Source: Felis catus
Taxonomy: Eukaryota
Direction of reading: 5' to 3'
Assembly: GCF_018350175.1 (NCBI RefSeq)
Contig: NC_058368.1
Location: forward strand, 33,420,001 to 33,484,000
DNA length: 64,000 bases
Shown here: positions 14,271 through 28,360 of the stretch, one piece after another
Layout: each line of letters starts with the position of its first letter
Position numbering within the stretch: the first letter of the stretch is position 1
Notes under the pieces: generated by a model
The model's input: only the letters and a program-made list of their open reading frames with translations
Database searches by the model: none
What the model was told of the DNA's origin: nothing
Translations under genes and position numbers: made by a program

Positions 14271-16576
14271 TTTGGATAGTCCCTGGTGTGGTGAGAACCT
14301 GCAGGGCACTTCCCCTGTGCTGTGGTGTATAACTGGAGTTGGTGGGCGGGGCCGCAGTCAGACCTGATGTCTGCCCCCAGCCCACCGCTGGGGCCACAGT
14401 CAGACTGGTTTGTGCCTTCTCTTCCCCTCTCCTAGGGGTGGGGTTCACTGTGGGGTGGCGTGGCCCGTGTGGGCTACTTGCACACTGCCAGACTTGTGGT
14501 GCTGCAGATCTGGCGCATTACCTGGGGTGGATTGGCAACGTGCATGGGGGCGGGAGAGGCAGGCTCAGGTCTCTTATCCTTCGGGGATCTGCTTCAGTGA
14601 TAAGCTTTGGGAGGGGCCCTGTGGCACTAGGAGGGAGTCAGACCCGAGGCTGGAGGGATGGGTCTGCAGAAGCACAGCATTGGGTGTTTGCGCAGAGCGA
14701 GCAAGTTCCCTGGCAGGAACTGGTTCCCTTTGGGATTTTGGCTGGGGGATGGGTGAGGGAGATGGCTCTGGCGAGCGCCTTTGTTCCCCCTCCAAACTGA
14801 GCTCTGTCGACCCGGGGCTCAGCAACTCTCCCTCCCTTAGTCCTCCAGCCTTCTTGCTTTCTGAGCAGAGCTGTTAACTTATGACCTCCCAGATGCTAAG
14901 TCCCACTTGCTGTCGGAACACACTCCGTCTGGCCCCTCCACTTTTGCAAGCCAGACTCGGGGGCTCTGCTTGGCCGGTGGGCCGCCCCTCCGCCCCAGCT
15001 CCCTCCTGCCTGTCCAGGCAGCGCGCACCGCCTCTCTGCCCTTCCTACCCTCTTCCGTGGGCCTCTGGTCTGTGCTTGGCTCCGGAGACTCCATTCTGCT
15101 AGTCTTCTGGTGGTTTTTGGGGTTATTTAGGCTGGTGTAGGTGGAATCAAAGTGATCAGCAGGAAGTGCAGTGAGCCCAGCCTCCCCTACACTGCTGTCT
15201 TCCCAGGATACTCTTAATTTATTCTTTCATCACCTACTGTTGCTAGACAACTTGTTTGAGGAACACATGACAGACATTAAACAAATATAAACAGGAAATA
15301 ATATGTATCCTTACTTTGGTAGAATTTAGAATTCAATTTTAGACATAAATAAGTGAATTAAAAATTGGAAATACAGTACAGTCTACCAGAATTATTTTGT
15401 AGGTTAGAATAGATGGAATAGGTTACATTTGGATGGAATACAAAACAAAAATTACAGATAATATTATTAACTAAATCTTGAAGAATAAATAGAAGTTTCT
15501 CACATCAATAAGAAAGACAGGTAGAAATGTTCAAGTTCTGAAAGACAAAGAAAAGAGAAAAACTATTTTATATGAGTACAATATGTGAGATCAGAGGTAT
15601 AGGATACTAAGTATAAAATGAGATGAGAAGTGAAATCTATCAGAGTGTTTTAAATTCGTTAAATGGCAGTCTTTTCATGTTTTTGTCTCATGTCTCAAGA
15701 TATTCCTTGTAAAGTTATAATCTTAAAACTTTGGATAAGAAACCTATTTGGGGATCTTCTCAATTTCCAGTTTGTTGGATATTTTTCTGAGGAAAATAGC
15801 AATAGAAATTGCAAGACATGAAAGGCCCTTTACTGGGTTAGCTTAGACTACACCTACTGTATAAAGTTCACATGAAAAAGTTTTGTCCATTCATTTATTT
15901 AATCCAAATTTTTTGAGTTTACTGAGAACTAGTATAGGTAAGTGAATCTTCACCCTTACTACAGATAACATAGAAGAGTTAGACAAAATAACCGATACTG
16001 CCCATTTGTGATATAGAGAAGGAAAAGGAACTAAGACATATTGGGATTTTTATATGCACTGATTTTGCATTTTGCATAGAATAGTGCATAGAATGTACTG
16101 GGTAACTCTTAGGAAGAGCATCATTTTTATCTCCATTTATTTGCAAGGAAAACAATGTCATGGAAGTTTTGCAGTATTTGTCTTTGTTTTTACATATCTA
16201 ATTCGCTTTATACTAATTGTTTTTGCTTTTCACCAGGGATTTAAAATATGAGAAATAATTAGCAAGATTTAGTATATAAAATTAGTACAACACAGATGCA
16301 GCTAATGCCCTTTACAACATTAAAGCTTAGTGGGAAAACAAATATGTAAGTTTTATAAAATACAAAAAGTAAACTTTAAAAATAGCAAAGAGAAGAACCA
16401 CCTATCTCTGCCCCTTCGATCATGGAAAGATGCCCACAGGGAACCAGTCTTGTGCTGAGCTCTAAAGATGAATAGATGTTTCAATTCCAAACAAAAATCA
16501 GAGAAAGCACAGGAAACAGAAGGTTCAAAAACATGAACACTTGGAAACACATGGCATAATGTAAGAGGAACACGCA

Positions 16577-16770
16577 GGGGCACCTGGGTGGCTCAGTAGG
16601 TTAAGCGTCTGACCCTTGATTTTGGCTCAGTTCATGATCTCATGGTTCATGGGAATGAGTCCCTCATCAGTCTCACACTGACAATGCAGAGCTACTTGGA
16701 ATTTTCTCCCTTCTTATCTCTCTACCCCTCCCCCATTTCTCTCTCTCAAAGTAAATAAATAAACTTAAAA
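16577..16770 (+). mobile_element. Can-SINE
   Basis: GGGGCACCTGGGTGGCTCAG head; TSD TAAGAGGAACA at 16562-16572 and 16771-16781. Confidence 0.93.
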
Positions 16771-18292
16771 TAAGAGGAACATGGATATAGAAGTTGCTGG
16801 GAGATAAGGTACAATTGAGAGCATGGTGGGCGTAAGGCAAAAGAGATGGGTGGGACCATAATTGCAGCTCCATGACTAATAAAGTAAGATGAGGGCTATT
16901 TCAGAAATAAGAAAGGGGCACTTGTTATTGAAATACCTGGTGGGGGGAGACTGGGTAATATCGCTAAAAGTTATTAGAGAGGGAACCTTGAACTGGGCTA
17001 GAGGAGAATTGTAATCTTTTTGATCCCTGGCAATCCCTTATATACTCTGAGGGGTGAGAAGCTGGGTCTTCCTGCTGGTAGGGAAATGAGCTTGAATGGA
17101 AAGGATAGGGGGGAATGCAGTGTTAAAAATACCTTATAAATTTTTTAGGATTTTGGTTACTGACCTCTTTTATTGATTGAAAAGTATATTAAAATCAGTG
17201 GAGAGGGTTGCTAGGTTTAAGCATATTAATTTCCTCTACTATATTCAAAAGTCATATTAATGCAGTTTGAGACTGGTTGCCAAATACATTCTACCACATT
17301 TTGAATTATGTAGTGTAAATTTGTATAAAAATGTGTTAAAACATTCTCATTCTTACTTCATTAAAATACTTGTGAAGAGGTTATAACTTAGTCCATTTTC
17401 ACATTAGTTTGCATGCCAGTGTTTTACATCAGATAGAACATATTTTGATTTTGCATTAGTTAGAATCATTTTTAAATACTGCATATTCTAGATGAATAAA
17501 TGTATCATGTTGATTCTTTTTAATATCAGTGAATAGAAAAACACATTATATATTAGCATATTTATTGATTCAATAAAACATTTATAAAATATGTTTTAAA
17601 TTCAAGCTGTTCTATAATCTTAATTAAAATAATCAAATTCTATTTTAAACTATTTAATGCTCTCAATTTCCTAATAGAAACTGTACTACTTCATGTAATG
17701 ACAAGAATATTTCACAAGGAATGTTTTTCCAGCAATTTTTTAATATTTCCTTTTTCCAATTCTAGGGAAATTACAAGGAGTATTTGAACACCTTCAATAT
17801 ACTTATTTTTCCTATGTTTTCTCAAATGGCTTCATACAGAATTAAATATGATATAGAACACATCCTAAAACACCAAATGATCCCATTCAGCCTGTGAAAA
17901 AAATAATTTGAAAATCCAAAGTCACTGTTACATTGTAAATATAAAAGAAAACAAAAAATGGTACTAAGGTACTAAGAGAAAAAAAATAAATATTAAGCCA
18001 TGTACACTATTGCAAAATGAAGCAAACCATTAAGCAAAATAAAGGGGGAATTTTTTTCCTTTTATTTTAATTAGAGAGCTTAAAAATATAACTGCATATT
18101 GGTCATTTGGGGTTTTAAATTTTTTTTTTTTGTAGCTGAAATTGGAATTATATAAAAACTATAGTAATCTATGAAGCAGTTTCATTTTTTGCCAAACATC
18201 CCGCTGAATTGTTAAGGCTATTGGCTTCATTAACACAGTAGGTTCAAAAATTTTCCGCACTTTCAGAGAGCCCATAAAGAAAGGATGCTGTT

Positions 18293-18514
18293 GGGGCGCC
18301 TGGGTGGCGCAGTCGGTTAAGCGTCCGACTTCAGCCAGGTCACGATCTCGCGGTCTGGGAGTTTGAGCCCCGCATCGGGCTCTGGGCTGATGGCTCGGAG
18401 CCTGGAGCCTGTTTCCGATTCTGTGTCTCCCTCTCTCTCTGCCCCTCCCCCGTTCATGCTCTGTCTCTCTCTGTCCCCAAAATAAATAAATGTTGAAAAA
18501 AAATTTAAAAAAAA
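18293..18514 (+). mobile_element. Young felid SINE (SINEC_Fc-type)
   Basis: Near-consensus body; perfect 17-bp TSD AAAGAAAGGATGCTGTT at 18276-18292 and 18515-18531. Confidence 0.98.
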
Positions 18515-18752
18515 AAAGAAAGGATGCTGTTTACATTATAGTCCATAGTCCAAAATTCACACATGTGGCATATCACCTCTTGAATGAATATTATTTTAAA
18601 AAATGGTATTTCTTAATTCATGAATTTTGATGAGATTGGAGGCTAGGATTTAATTAAATTGAATAGCTCTTTTGGCCTCAAAAAAGGCCAAAAGATTATG
18701 TCTAGTAACAATATATTAAGAATCATAATCAATATGCTACAAGGGGTATTTC

Positions 18753-19252
18753 TACAGTAGACAAACCCTATGCTACTCTTCTTAGGATACTCACTTCATA
18801 GGATTCATGTCTTTGCATAATCTCCTCCATTTGGGGGTGAGCAGTTCCTATGACTTGCATGTCACCAAAGCATATGACAAAATTATGTTACATTACATAG
18901 GTTTCTGTCCTACTAATGGACTCAAGACACTTTTGTCTGCCTTTGAAGAAGTGGCCATGTTGCGAGGCTCATAGGGCAAGATGGTAGTTGTCTCTAAAAC
19001 TGACAGTGGCCTCAAGCTGACAGCAAAGAGTTGGTACCTTCAGCCCTAGAACCACAAGATAATGAGTTCTGCTCACAAGACTCAATGGATTTTTCAGCTG
19101 AGAATACAATCCAGTTGAACATTGATTATTGCCATGATCAGAGAGCTCATTCAGTCTGAGTCTGGTTCCTAATCTACAAAAATTATAATAAATGTCTGCC
19201 CTTTTAAGATACTATAGTTTTGAAATCTGTTACACAGTAATAGATAATGCAA
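18753..19252 (+). mobile_element. MLT1 (MLT1E/F-like) solo LTR, ERVL-MaLR
   Basis: GCCTTTGAAGAAGTGGCCATGTTG, AGCTGACAGC, AATAAATGTCTG, end TGTTACACAGTAATAGATAA. Confidence 0.75.
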
Positions 19253-19429
19253 CCCTCAAATCTTTTTTGAAAAGGAGGATGCACAGTGACCATTGCATGC
19301 ACAGTTCTAGTGGTACATGTGAGTATTGTGACAGAAGAAAGAGCAAAACCATCAGCACTTAGGAGGCTTCAATCTTTACCATAAGGTATCTTTCAAAATA
19401 TGAGAGTCATATTAATCTCTGAATTTAAG

Positions 19430-21160
19430 TTTTCTGGGTTTTTTATTGATATAATTGACATATAACATTATATTAGCTTCAGGTGTACAACATAATGACT
19501 CAATATATGTAAATATTGCAAAATGATCACCAAGTAAGTCTAGTTAACATCCACCACCACACGTATTTACAGTTTTTCCCTTATGATAGTAACTTTTAAG
19601 ATTTACTCTCTTAGAAGCTTTCAGACACATAATTTCAAATACACAACTATAGTTGCCATCTGTATGTTACCTCCCCAGGACTTACTCATTTTATAGTAGA
19701 GTTTGTACCCCTTGAGTACTTTCACCTACTCCACCTACCCCCCGCCCCCCACCCCCAACCTCTGGCAACCACCAGTCAGTTCTCTGTATCTATAATTTTT
19801 CACTTTTTTTAAAAGATGATACATCTAAGTGAGATGATGTGGTATTTGTCGTTCTCTCTGTGACTTATTTCACATAGCATGTTGCCCTCAGGTTCAGTGC
19901 ATGTTGTCACAAATCACAAGATTTCCTTGTTGTTGTTGTTATTTTATGGTTGAATCATATTCACTGTATGTACATACCTTTTCTCTATCTGCTCCTTGGT
20001 CCACGGATACTAAGGTTGCTTCCATGCCTGGGCTTTTGTAAGTAACGCTTCAATGAGCATAAAGGTGCAAATATCTTTTTGAGGTAGTGTTTTCATTTCC
20101 TTCAGATAAATGCACAGAAGTGGAATTGTGGGGTCACACAGTAGTTCTATTTTTAATTGTTGAGGAATCTCCATACATTTTGCAGAGTGGCTGCACCAAT
20201 TTGTATCCCCACCAACAGTGCTTAAGCGTTCGTTTTTTCTCCTTATCCTTGCCACACTTGTTATCTTTTGATAATAGCCCTTCTCACAGGTGTGAGGTGG
20301 TTATCTCATGAAGGTTTTGATTTGCATTTTCCTGATGATTAGTAATGCTGAACATCTTTGCATGTATCTGTTCTTTAACTGTATGTATTCTTTGAACAAA
20401 TGTTCAACTCCTTTGACCATTTTTTAATTGGGTTGTTTTTTGCTACTGAATTATATGAGTTCTTTGTATATTTGAGATATTAATTCCTTATGAAATATAT
20501 ATTTTTGGCATACATTTTTCTACCATTCCATAGGTTGCCTTTTCCTTTTTCTAGCTGTTTCCTTTGCCATATGGATGTTTTTTAGTTTGGTGTTATCCCA
20601 TTTGTTTATTGTGGTTTTTGTTTCCTTTGCTGTTGGTAGGAATCCAAAAAAAAAAAAAAAATCATTGCCAAAACTGATGTCAAAGACGTTACTTCCTATT
20701 TCCTAAAATTCTAGGAATTTTATGATTTAATATCTTATGGTTAAGTCTTTAATAAGTTGTAAGTTAATTTTTGTGTCTAGCATAAGATAATGGTCCAATG
20801 TCACCCTTTTGCAGGTGGCTGTCCAGTTTTTCCAACACTATTTATTGAAGAGACCATCCTTTCTCTATTGTATGTTCTTGACATCTTTGTTGTAAATTAA
20901 TTGGCCATGTATATATGGATTTATTTCTGGCTCTCTTTACTATTCCAATGATCTATGGGACTGTTTTTATGCCAGTACCATACTGTTTTTTAACACAATA
21001 ACTTTGTAATACAGATTGTAATCAGATGGTGTGGTGTCTCCAGCTTTGATTATCTTTCTCAAGATTGTTTTGGTTCCTTGGGTCTTGTGTAGTTCCGTGC
21101 AAATTTTAGAATTACTTGTTTTATTTCTGTAGAAAAATCCCCTTGGAATTTTCATAGTTA
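19430..21160 (-). mobile_element. 5'-truncated older L1 (L1MA-like 3' end)
   Basis: 3'UTR (TATAATTGACATATAACATTATATTAG) plus degraded ORF2 C-terminal peptides (ORFs 20010-20255 and 20967-21182). Confidence 0.9.
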
Positions 21161-21804
21161 TTAGATGGGGATAAAAATACATACAGGTACTTGAGAAGAG
21201 TCGAGTCTTTCTGTGTCTATGCTATAAACTTTTTCCATAATGTTCTTCTATATCATGCATTCCTAATCAACCTCTGGGAGGTAAGATTTTAATTATATTT
21301 CATAGCTCAAACTTTTCAAAAACTTTCATTAATATACTCTGAATGCCATGATCTCACTTAGGAATATCAATCGCATTTATATACTGCCTGTATGATGCAT
21401 ATTCATATTACCATTATTGATAACTTTATCTCATTTATTATACTATTAGGGCCTTGAGGTCCTATATATATACATACATATGTATATATATCTTTTTATG
21501 AATTGATGCATGAATAATTTCTGTGATAACAGATGTAAAAATAACTTTGCTTTGTAAACACTCAAAGATTGTCCTTTGAATTGAAGCACCTACTGCATGA
21601 GGACAGCATAGCTTTGCTAATGAAATAGTCTATTGGAAGAACATTACAATGATACTATATGCCAGTTCTGCTTTTGTCATCTCAAAGTAGTTGAAAGAAA
21701 TATTGTTCTTCTCTGATATTCCAAATTTAATTAACATTAACAGATTATAGTAAATTACAGAGTTGTCCCCTTTTAGTTACTCTTGTCATTTCAAAAACAC
21801 CTCA

Positions 21805-22018
21805 GGGCACCTGGGTGGTTCAGTCGGTTGAGCATCTGACTCTTAATTTTGGCTCAGGTCATGATCCCAGGGTCATGGGATCAAGCCCCCATGGAGCTGA
21901 GCATGGAGCCCACTTAAGATTCTCTCTGTCTCCCTTTGCCCCTCACTACCCCCCTGCTTGCTCTCTCTCTCGCTCTCTCTCTCCCCCTCTCTCAAATAAA
22001 ATAAATAATATTTTTAAA
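21805..22018 (+). mobile_element. Can-SINE, older
   Basis: GGGCACCTGGGTGGTTCAGTCGGTTGAGC head, CT tract, AAATAAAATAAA tail. Confidence 0.9.
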
Positions 22019-22109
22019 AGGGAAAACAATAATAACAGCTTCTAAGGTAGAGATATGTATCTTTTGGCAAAGAAACTTCAAGTGTTATGTCTTATAGCTA
22101 AAAACATGA

Positions 22110-22545
22110 ATGAAAGAGCTGATAGGAGACCTAAAGAAATAGGAGCATGCCAACATGAGAATAAAAATGATTTTTACCTAAAATATATAATGGAGTATAG
22201 GTAAACAGAAGTGAGTTTATTCGAGAATAAGAAAAAAGGCTTGGAGAAAGTCATCATTAGTTTGGGGTTATATGAAAAAGGTCTTGTACAGTAAAAGTGA
22301 ATAGTTTTTCTCTCTATTCCCTGAATACAAGACAGTAGGGAATAGGCTTAAATTGCAGAAAAAGGAAACACTTGCTTATTGTGAGTGTCCTAAGCTACTA
22401 GAATGTGTTATAAGGGGGAGGTTCCATCACTAAAAGTGTCTGGAAAAATCCCATATGAAGAGCATCCTCCAATAATTGAGGTACTATCCAAATTAAAGTC
22501 AGGGAAAGAAATTTGCGGTAACTTAAGGTCTCTTTCAATCCAGTC
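22110..22545 (+). mobile_element. L3/CR1 3' fragment
   Basis: GGGAATAGGCTTAAATTGCAG, TTCCATCACTAAAAGTGT and AAGGTCTCTTTCAATCC resemble the CR1/L3 3' end. Confidence 0.6.
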
Positions 22546-23664
22546 CCAAAAGTGAATTTATAAATTGAAAAATATATTTCAAAAATGTATTTTTTTCAAA
22601 GCATAAGGATATATAAAAAATTTTATTCAAAAATGGCTATATTTGAAAATTCTAAAAAATAATAATTTCACTTGAGATTCTTTGCCTGGTTGAAGTAAGG
22701 ATTTCATGAAGGACAAAAAAAAAAAAATAGAGAATCTTGCCATTCAGTCGACTGCTATGGAACACCATATAGTGAAATGCCATTTTAAAAATAAAATTAA
22801 ATGCATTTATAGCCACCTATATCATTATGCCTTTTAATATGGGGATAGTCATATCTCATACTTTAGGGCAAAAAATAATTGTTGTAAGGATGAGAGGGGG
22901 CATTTTTTATTTTAAATACAAATATTCTAACATTTTTATTTGACACTTGTGGATTCTACTCCCTATTTGTTTATGTTATTTATTTTTTATAACACTACAC
23001 TAGCCTGTGGTACTGACTGTATCTCATAGATGCTATGTAAACAGTCTAATGAGGTAACATTTATATACTCTGTTGAAATAGAGTAAGAGGTCATAAAATA
23101 ATAACTATTTTGCCTTTAAGAAAGATGAAACCAGATACGTGAACTAAACATTATGCTCTGATAAAAATATTTAAAAACATAATACCACAGTGACTTTTAT
23201 GCAAAATAAAATGTCATTAAATCACCTTATTTTAAGAGACAATAGAAAAATTCTGGAGGCATATAGAGTGTTGCCGTTATTAAATTAATGTGTTCATGTT
23301 GTGAATTAGAATAATGGGAAGTCTTTTTGTAGCTTGAAGGAGTAAGTGTTCCTAGCACAAAGGGCGTAAAAGAAAAGAGTTTTGAGCAGAGTAAGATCAC
23401 TGAAGGAAGTCAAACAATGTTTCAAAGTCTCTTGTTTTAGTTGGCTTGAGAGATAGGAATCAGAAAACTAAAGCAAGATATCAATTAAATTTAAAGAAAA
23501 AAGATATGTGTAATAGGAATAATTGCATGTGTTATTTTTACCTTCAGAAGACTTTAGAGCTATAAATAAAATAATAGACAGTAAAAAGTCAATTGTTCTA
23601 AATCCCTAGCAGAGGTTTAAATAAAATTATTTCTCAACATTCCTCCCCCCATCTCTGTCATTTT

Positions 23665-23826
23665 TCTTTTTTTTTTCTTTAAAAAATTTCCCCAGCTTCA
23701 TTTAGTTATAATGGCAAATAAAGGTTGCATACATTTATGATGTAAAACATGATGTTTTGATATATGTTTATAATGTGAAATGATTACCACAACCAAGCTA
23801 ATTAACACATCCATCACTTTACAGTT

Positions 23827-23875
<49 letters not shown>

Positions 23876-25420
23876 AGAACAATTCAGATTACTCTCTTCG
23901 CAAATTTCATGTATGCAACACAGCAGTAGTATGATCTCCAGAATTTATTAATCCTGCATAACTGAGACATTGTATCCTTTGACCAACATCTTCCTTTTTC
24001 CTCCACGTCCCTACCCACCCCAGCCCCTGGCAATCACCATTTTATTGTCTACTTATATGAGTTATAATTTTCTAGATTTCATATAAAATCATGTGATCTT
24101 TGTCTTTCTGTTCTGGCTTATTGCACCTAAGATAACATCCTCCAAATTCACTCATGTTTCAGAAATTATAGTATTTCCATTTTTAAGGGTGAATAATATA
24201 CCTCCCCCCATATATAGACATATTCAGTTTTCTCAGTGCCATTTAATGAAGACATTGTCCTTTGTCATGGCATATTCTTGGCATCTTAACTGAAGATTAG
24301 TTGAATATAAATATGTAGATTTGTTTATGGGCCCTCTACTCTGTTCTATGGTTCTATATGCCTGTTTTTATGGCAATACCATGCTGTTTGGATTATTATT
24401 ATAGCTTTACAGTATATTTTGAAATCAAGTAGTGTGGTGCCTCCAGCTTTGTTCTTAAGGCACAAGATTGATTTCACTATTCTAGTTTTTTTTTTTTTTA
24501 TGATGTCCTACAAATTTTAGACTTTTTTTCTATTTCTGTAAAATATAACATGGAATATTGATAGGGATTGCTTACATCCGTGGATCATTTTAGACAATAT
24601 GGACATTTTAATAGTATTCTTCCAATCCTTGAACACAGGCTATCTTTCCTTTTATTGTTTCTTTCTTAATTTCATCAATACATTATAGTTTTAGGTGGGC
24701 AAATCTTTCTCCTCCTTGGTGAAATGTATCCCTGTCTTTTTTGCTTAATGTTATTGTAAAAGAAATGTTTTACTAATTTTGTTTTGGGGTAGTTCATTGT
24801 TACTGTATAGAAATACAACTGACTTTTATATGTTGATTTCGCATCCTGCAACTTTACTGAACTCATCTTTTGGTGAGATCTTTACAGTCATTTCATATGC
24901 AAAAAGAGACATTTTATTTTTATTTTATTTTATTTTATTTTATTTTACTTTATTTTATTTCATCCTTTCTGATTTGGATGCCTTTAATTTATTTTCCCTG
25001 GCAAACTGCTCCAGCAATATAGGACTTTAGTACTATATTGAATAGAAGTGGTAAGAGTGGTTTTCTTATCTGCTTTCGAAAGTTAGAAAAAAAGCTTTCA
25101 GATTTTCATCATTGAGTATGATATTAGCTGTGGGATTGTCACATAGGACCTTTATTATACTGGGATACATCCCATCTATACATAACTTGTTAAGTTTTTA
25201 ATCATGAAAATATGTTGAACTCTGTCAGATGGTTTTTCTGCATCTATTGATATGTTCGTATGATTTTTATCTCTTGTTCTGTTAATGTGGTGTATCACAT
25301 TTATTGATTTTTGTATGTTTATCCAACCTTGTATCCAGGGATAAATGCCACTTGATTAAGGTATAAGGTCCTTTTAACTGAAACTTCTAAATGCAGTTTG
25401 CTAGTATTTTGTTAGGGTTC
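23665..25420 (-). mobile_element. 5'-truncated older L1 (L1MA-like) with internal deletion
   Basis: 3'UTR 23665-24210 joins directly to mid-ORF2 sequence; degraded ORF2 peptides. Confidence 0.88.
23833..23872 (+). repeat. (TG)n microsatellite, about 20 units
   Basis: Direct read. Confidence 0.98.
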
Positions 25421-26088
25421 TGTTATTTTTAAAGATACAAACTCATGTGTCTTCTTTTTATGGTATTTTTAGAGTATGTTTTTTTTTATTTTAAAACAAA
25501 TACATGATAAGTATTAAAAGTGAGACATTTTTGAAATACATTAACAGGGGAAGAAAATGTACCCCACAAACCTACATCTGCAGAGGATAGGAATTCAGTG
25601 TTTTTATTTGGCTTTTTTTTTTTAAACAGACACACAAAGAGCCCTCTAAATGTTATTTGTACATATATGTAGATATTTAAGACAAAATTTTGATATTACA
25701 CATTCTTTTGCTGCTTGCTTTTTTCCAGTTACTATAGTGACCTATAGATCAATCTCATTCACTTTATCAGCTTTCAAATTTTCATTTTAAGTTTATGATT
25801 TTATTTAACCAGTATAATTTCAAAACAAACTTAGGGCAAGTTATTTGAATGATTTGGCGGTGAAATAAAATCACCGTAAAAGTTTCTGGCTAGGTAAGAT
25901 AACTGTTTTCAAAATCTAGGTATGTGGTTATGGAAATAGTAGGCATGAATGACCATAAACCAAGAATCCACCCAAAAAGAGAAAAAGCCATGAACAGACA
26001 AATCATTTGCACAATTTTACTTCCAATTTCTAATCCTGGAAATTATTCACAGTTGCAAAATACTAACATCTTTTAAAGTATAAATCCT

Positions 26089-26333
26089 GGGGCACCTGGT
26101 GGCTCAGTTGGTTAAGCCTATGACTCTTGAGTTTGGCTCAATTAGGTCTCACAGTTGATGAGATATAGCTCTGTGTTGGGTTCTGCACTGACCGTACAGA
26201 GACTTCTTGGGATTCTCTCTCTCCCTCTCTCTCTCTGCCCCTCCCCTGTTCATGTGTGCCTATGTGCTCGCTTGCTCTCTCTCTCAAAATAAACATTTAT
26301 AAATAAATGAACGAATGAATGAATGAGTGAATG
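26089..26333 (+). mobile_element. Can-SINE with (GAAT)n-like tail
   Basis: SINEC body; near-TSD AAGTATAAATCCTGG / AAGTAAAAATCCTGG. Confidence 0.92.
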
Positions 26334-27166
26334 AAGTAAAAATCCTGGCTCTCCATGTTTCTATAAGAAATTCAGTCCTATGTATTCCAGAAACTAGAAA
26401 TTGAACAAAATCTATAAGGAAAGAAGCTAATATCCAGTGCCACAGTCCTCATGGCATGAAGCAGTGAGAACAGGCACGGTCCTTGACCCGCAACACTATT
26501 CTTTCGCAGATGCCAGATGTTCCTGCCCTGGGCACTGGACGGGGTGTCAGCAGTGTCTCTCTCCTTGCATGTAACATATAAAGTAGAGAAACCAAGACCT
26601 ATTGCTTCCAGGTGCCATAATTCTGCAACTCACACAAAAAAGTTCCTCTCTTTTTCCCTCCCCAACTTCCCTCACTTCATAAGCAATGGAGCGGGTCTGT
26701 ATCTTCCTTTTCCTAAGTCACTGTTGGGTTCTGCTTCCCCATACACATTAGTCTGGATCCAATTCTAAATTGGCATGTATGACTAGCAGAGGTTGACATG
26801 GTAGCTTTTGAATCACTGGAGCCAAGGGTCAACATGAAAGAAGAAATGAGTATGTCCATTCTCAACCAAACATGTTTCAGTCTTTGTAGACCATATAAAG
26901 TGCTATCTGGTGTTTTAATAAGAGCGAAACACAATAGGGCAATGTTTTATGAACATGTTTGGGAAATAGCAATATGAATTTATGTAGCCTTAAAATATTT
27001 ACTTCTTCAACCAACAAGTGAATTTTAAGGGTGGTTCAAAATTAATGACGCCTAAATGTATTAAAGCTCTGTGTTAATTGAAGATAACAGAACAAAAAGT
27101 CACACAGAAGGAGAAGGAAAGGAAACTTCCAAGAGTGGATAGAATGGTTTTGAATAAGATGATTTA

Positions 27167-27380
27167 GGGGGCGCCTGGGTGATTCAGTCGGTTGAGCATC
27201 TGACTTTAGTTCAGGTCATGATCTTGCAGTCTGTGAGTTCGAGCCCCGCACTGGGCTCTGTGCTGGCAGCTCAGAGCCTGGATCCTGCCTGGGATTCTCT
27301 GTCTGTCTGTCTCTCTCTCTCTGCCCCTTGCCTGCTCACACTCTGTGTCTCAAAAATAAATAAACATTAATTTTTTTTAA
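27167..27380 (+). mobile_element. Can-SINE
   Basis: GGGGGCGCCTGGGTGATTCAGTCGG head; ATGATTTAG duplicated at both flanks. Confidence 0.95.
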
Positions 27381-27685
27381 ATGATTTAGGTAGTCAGTTC
27401 TTTTCTTCATTTTCATATTAGAAATATGATATGAAGAATTAAGTAGCTTCTTGGAGGTGATATAAGAATAATATAAGATTCTAATAATCATGGTTTGTTG
27501 CAATAGTTAATTTTACTAAGGGGATTAATAAAGGGAAGGGTATTTTGAATGTCATCAGCAGACATCAATAGTAACATAAAAATGCTAATATTATAGTTTA
27601 TGTACCTAAATACACACTGATAATTTCCTTAAAAAAAAAGAAAAGTATTGTTTTACCAACATGTCCTTTTAATATAGAATTAATC

Positions 27686-27909
27686 TTTTTAAGTTTATTT
27701 ATATTGAGAGAGAGTGAGAGAGAGAGAGACAGAGAGAGACAGAGAGAACCAGCAGGGGAGGAACAGAGAGAAGGAGAGACAGAATCCCAAGCAGGCTCCA
27801 TGCTATCAGTGCAAAGCCCAACGTGGGACTTGAACTCAGGAACCATGAGGTCATGACCTAAGCTGAAGTCGAGTTGGACACTTAACCGACCGAGCCACCC
27901 AGGCACCCC
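27686..27909 (-). mobile_element. Can-SINE
   Basis: Reverse SINEC body ending CCCAGGCACCCC; TAGAATT at both flanks. Confidence 0.95.
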
Positions 27910-28149
27910 TAGAATTTGTATTTTTAATGTAGAATAAGATTAGATAATTCCTCTCCCTAAAGTAAAGTATGTGAGTGTGAGTATACATGAGCATATGTGT
28001 ATGTGCATATGTACACATATACACACCCTAACATTTCATTTCAAATCAATGTACTCAAGTACATTATCCTATAGTATATCTATAACAAACACTACTAAGG
28101 AAACCCAAATTTACCAGAATCAGTCTTAATTTTTTTTTAATTAAACAGC

Positions 28150-28360
28150 AACAACAGTAAAAAAATGGACTTTGGAACCATCTAGAACCATGTTCACATC
28201 CTGGCTTCACCATTTAAAGTTCAGAAGACAAATGACTGACTACTCTAAGGCATGGTTTCCTCCACTAAGGAAAGCTACTCCTCATGGGGTTGTAATATGA
28301 ATAGTGAAGTAAGGAAACCTAAAATCTAGCAGACAAATCCTGGACATTCAGTAAATTTGT
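28150..28360 (+). mobile_element. MIR relic
   Basis: GGACTTTGGAACCA...TTCACATCCTGGCTTCACCATTTA...TCTAAGGCATGGTTTCCTC core. Confidence 0.65.

Larger units (their letters stand above)
8991..15213 (-). mobile_element. Full-length LINE-1 (L1_Fc-type), inactivated
   Basis: 5'UTR, ORF1 and ORF2 fragments, G-rich 3'UTR, AATAAA and A tail; 14-bp TSD TTAATTTATTCTTT at 8977-8990 and 15214-15227. Confidence 0.97.

Noticed and set aside
14339..14877. 153-aa and 155-aa plus-strand ORFs antisense to the L1 5'UTR
   Set aside because: Non-ATG starts in GC-rich sequence; broken into shorter frames in the younger copy.
18668..18695. 11-bp inverted repeat TCTTTTGGCCT-N6-AGGCCAAAAGA
   Set aside because: Isolated hairpin with no TIR/TSD or RNA-gene context; bacterial terminator logic does not apply.
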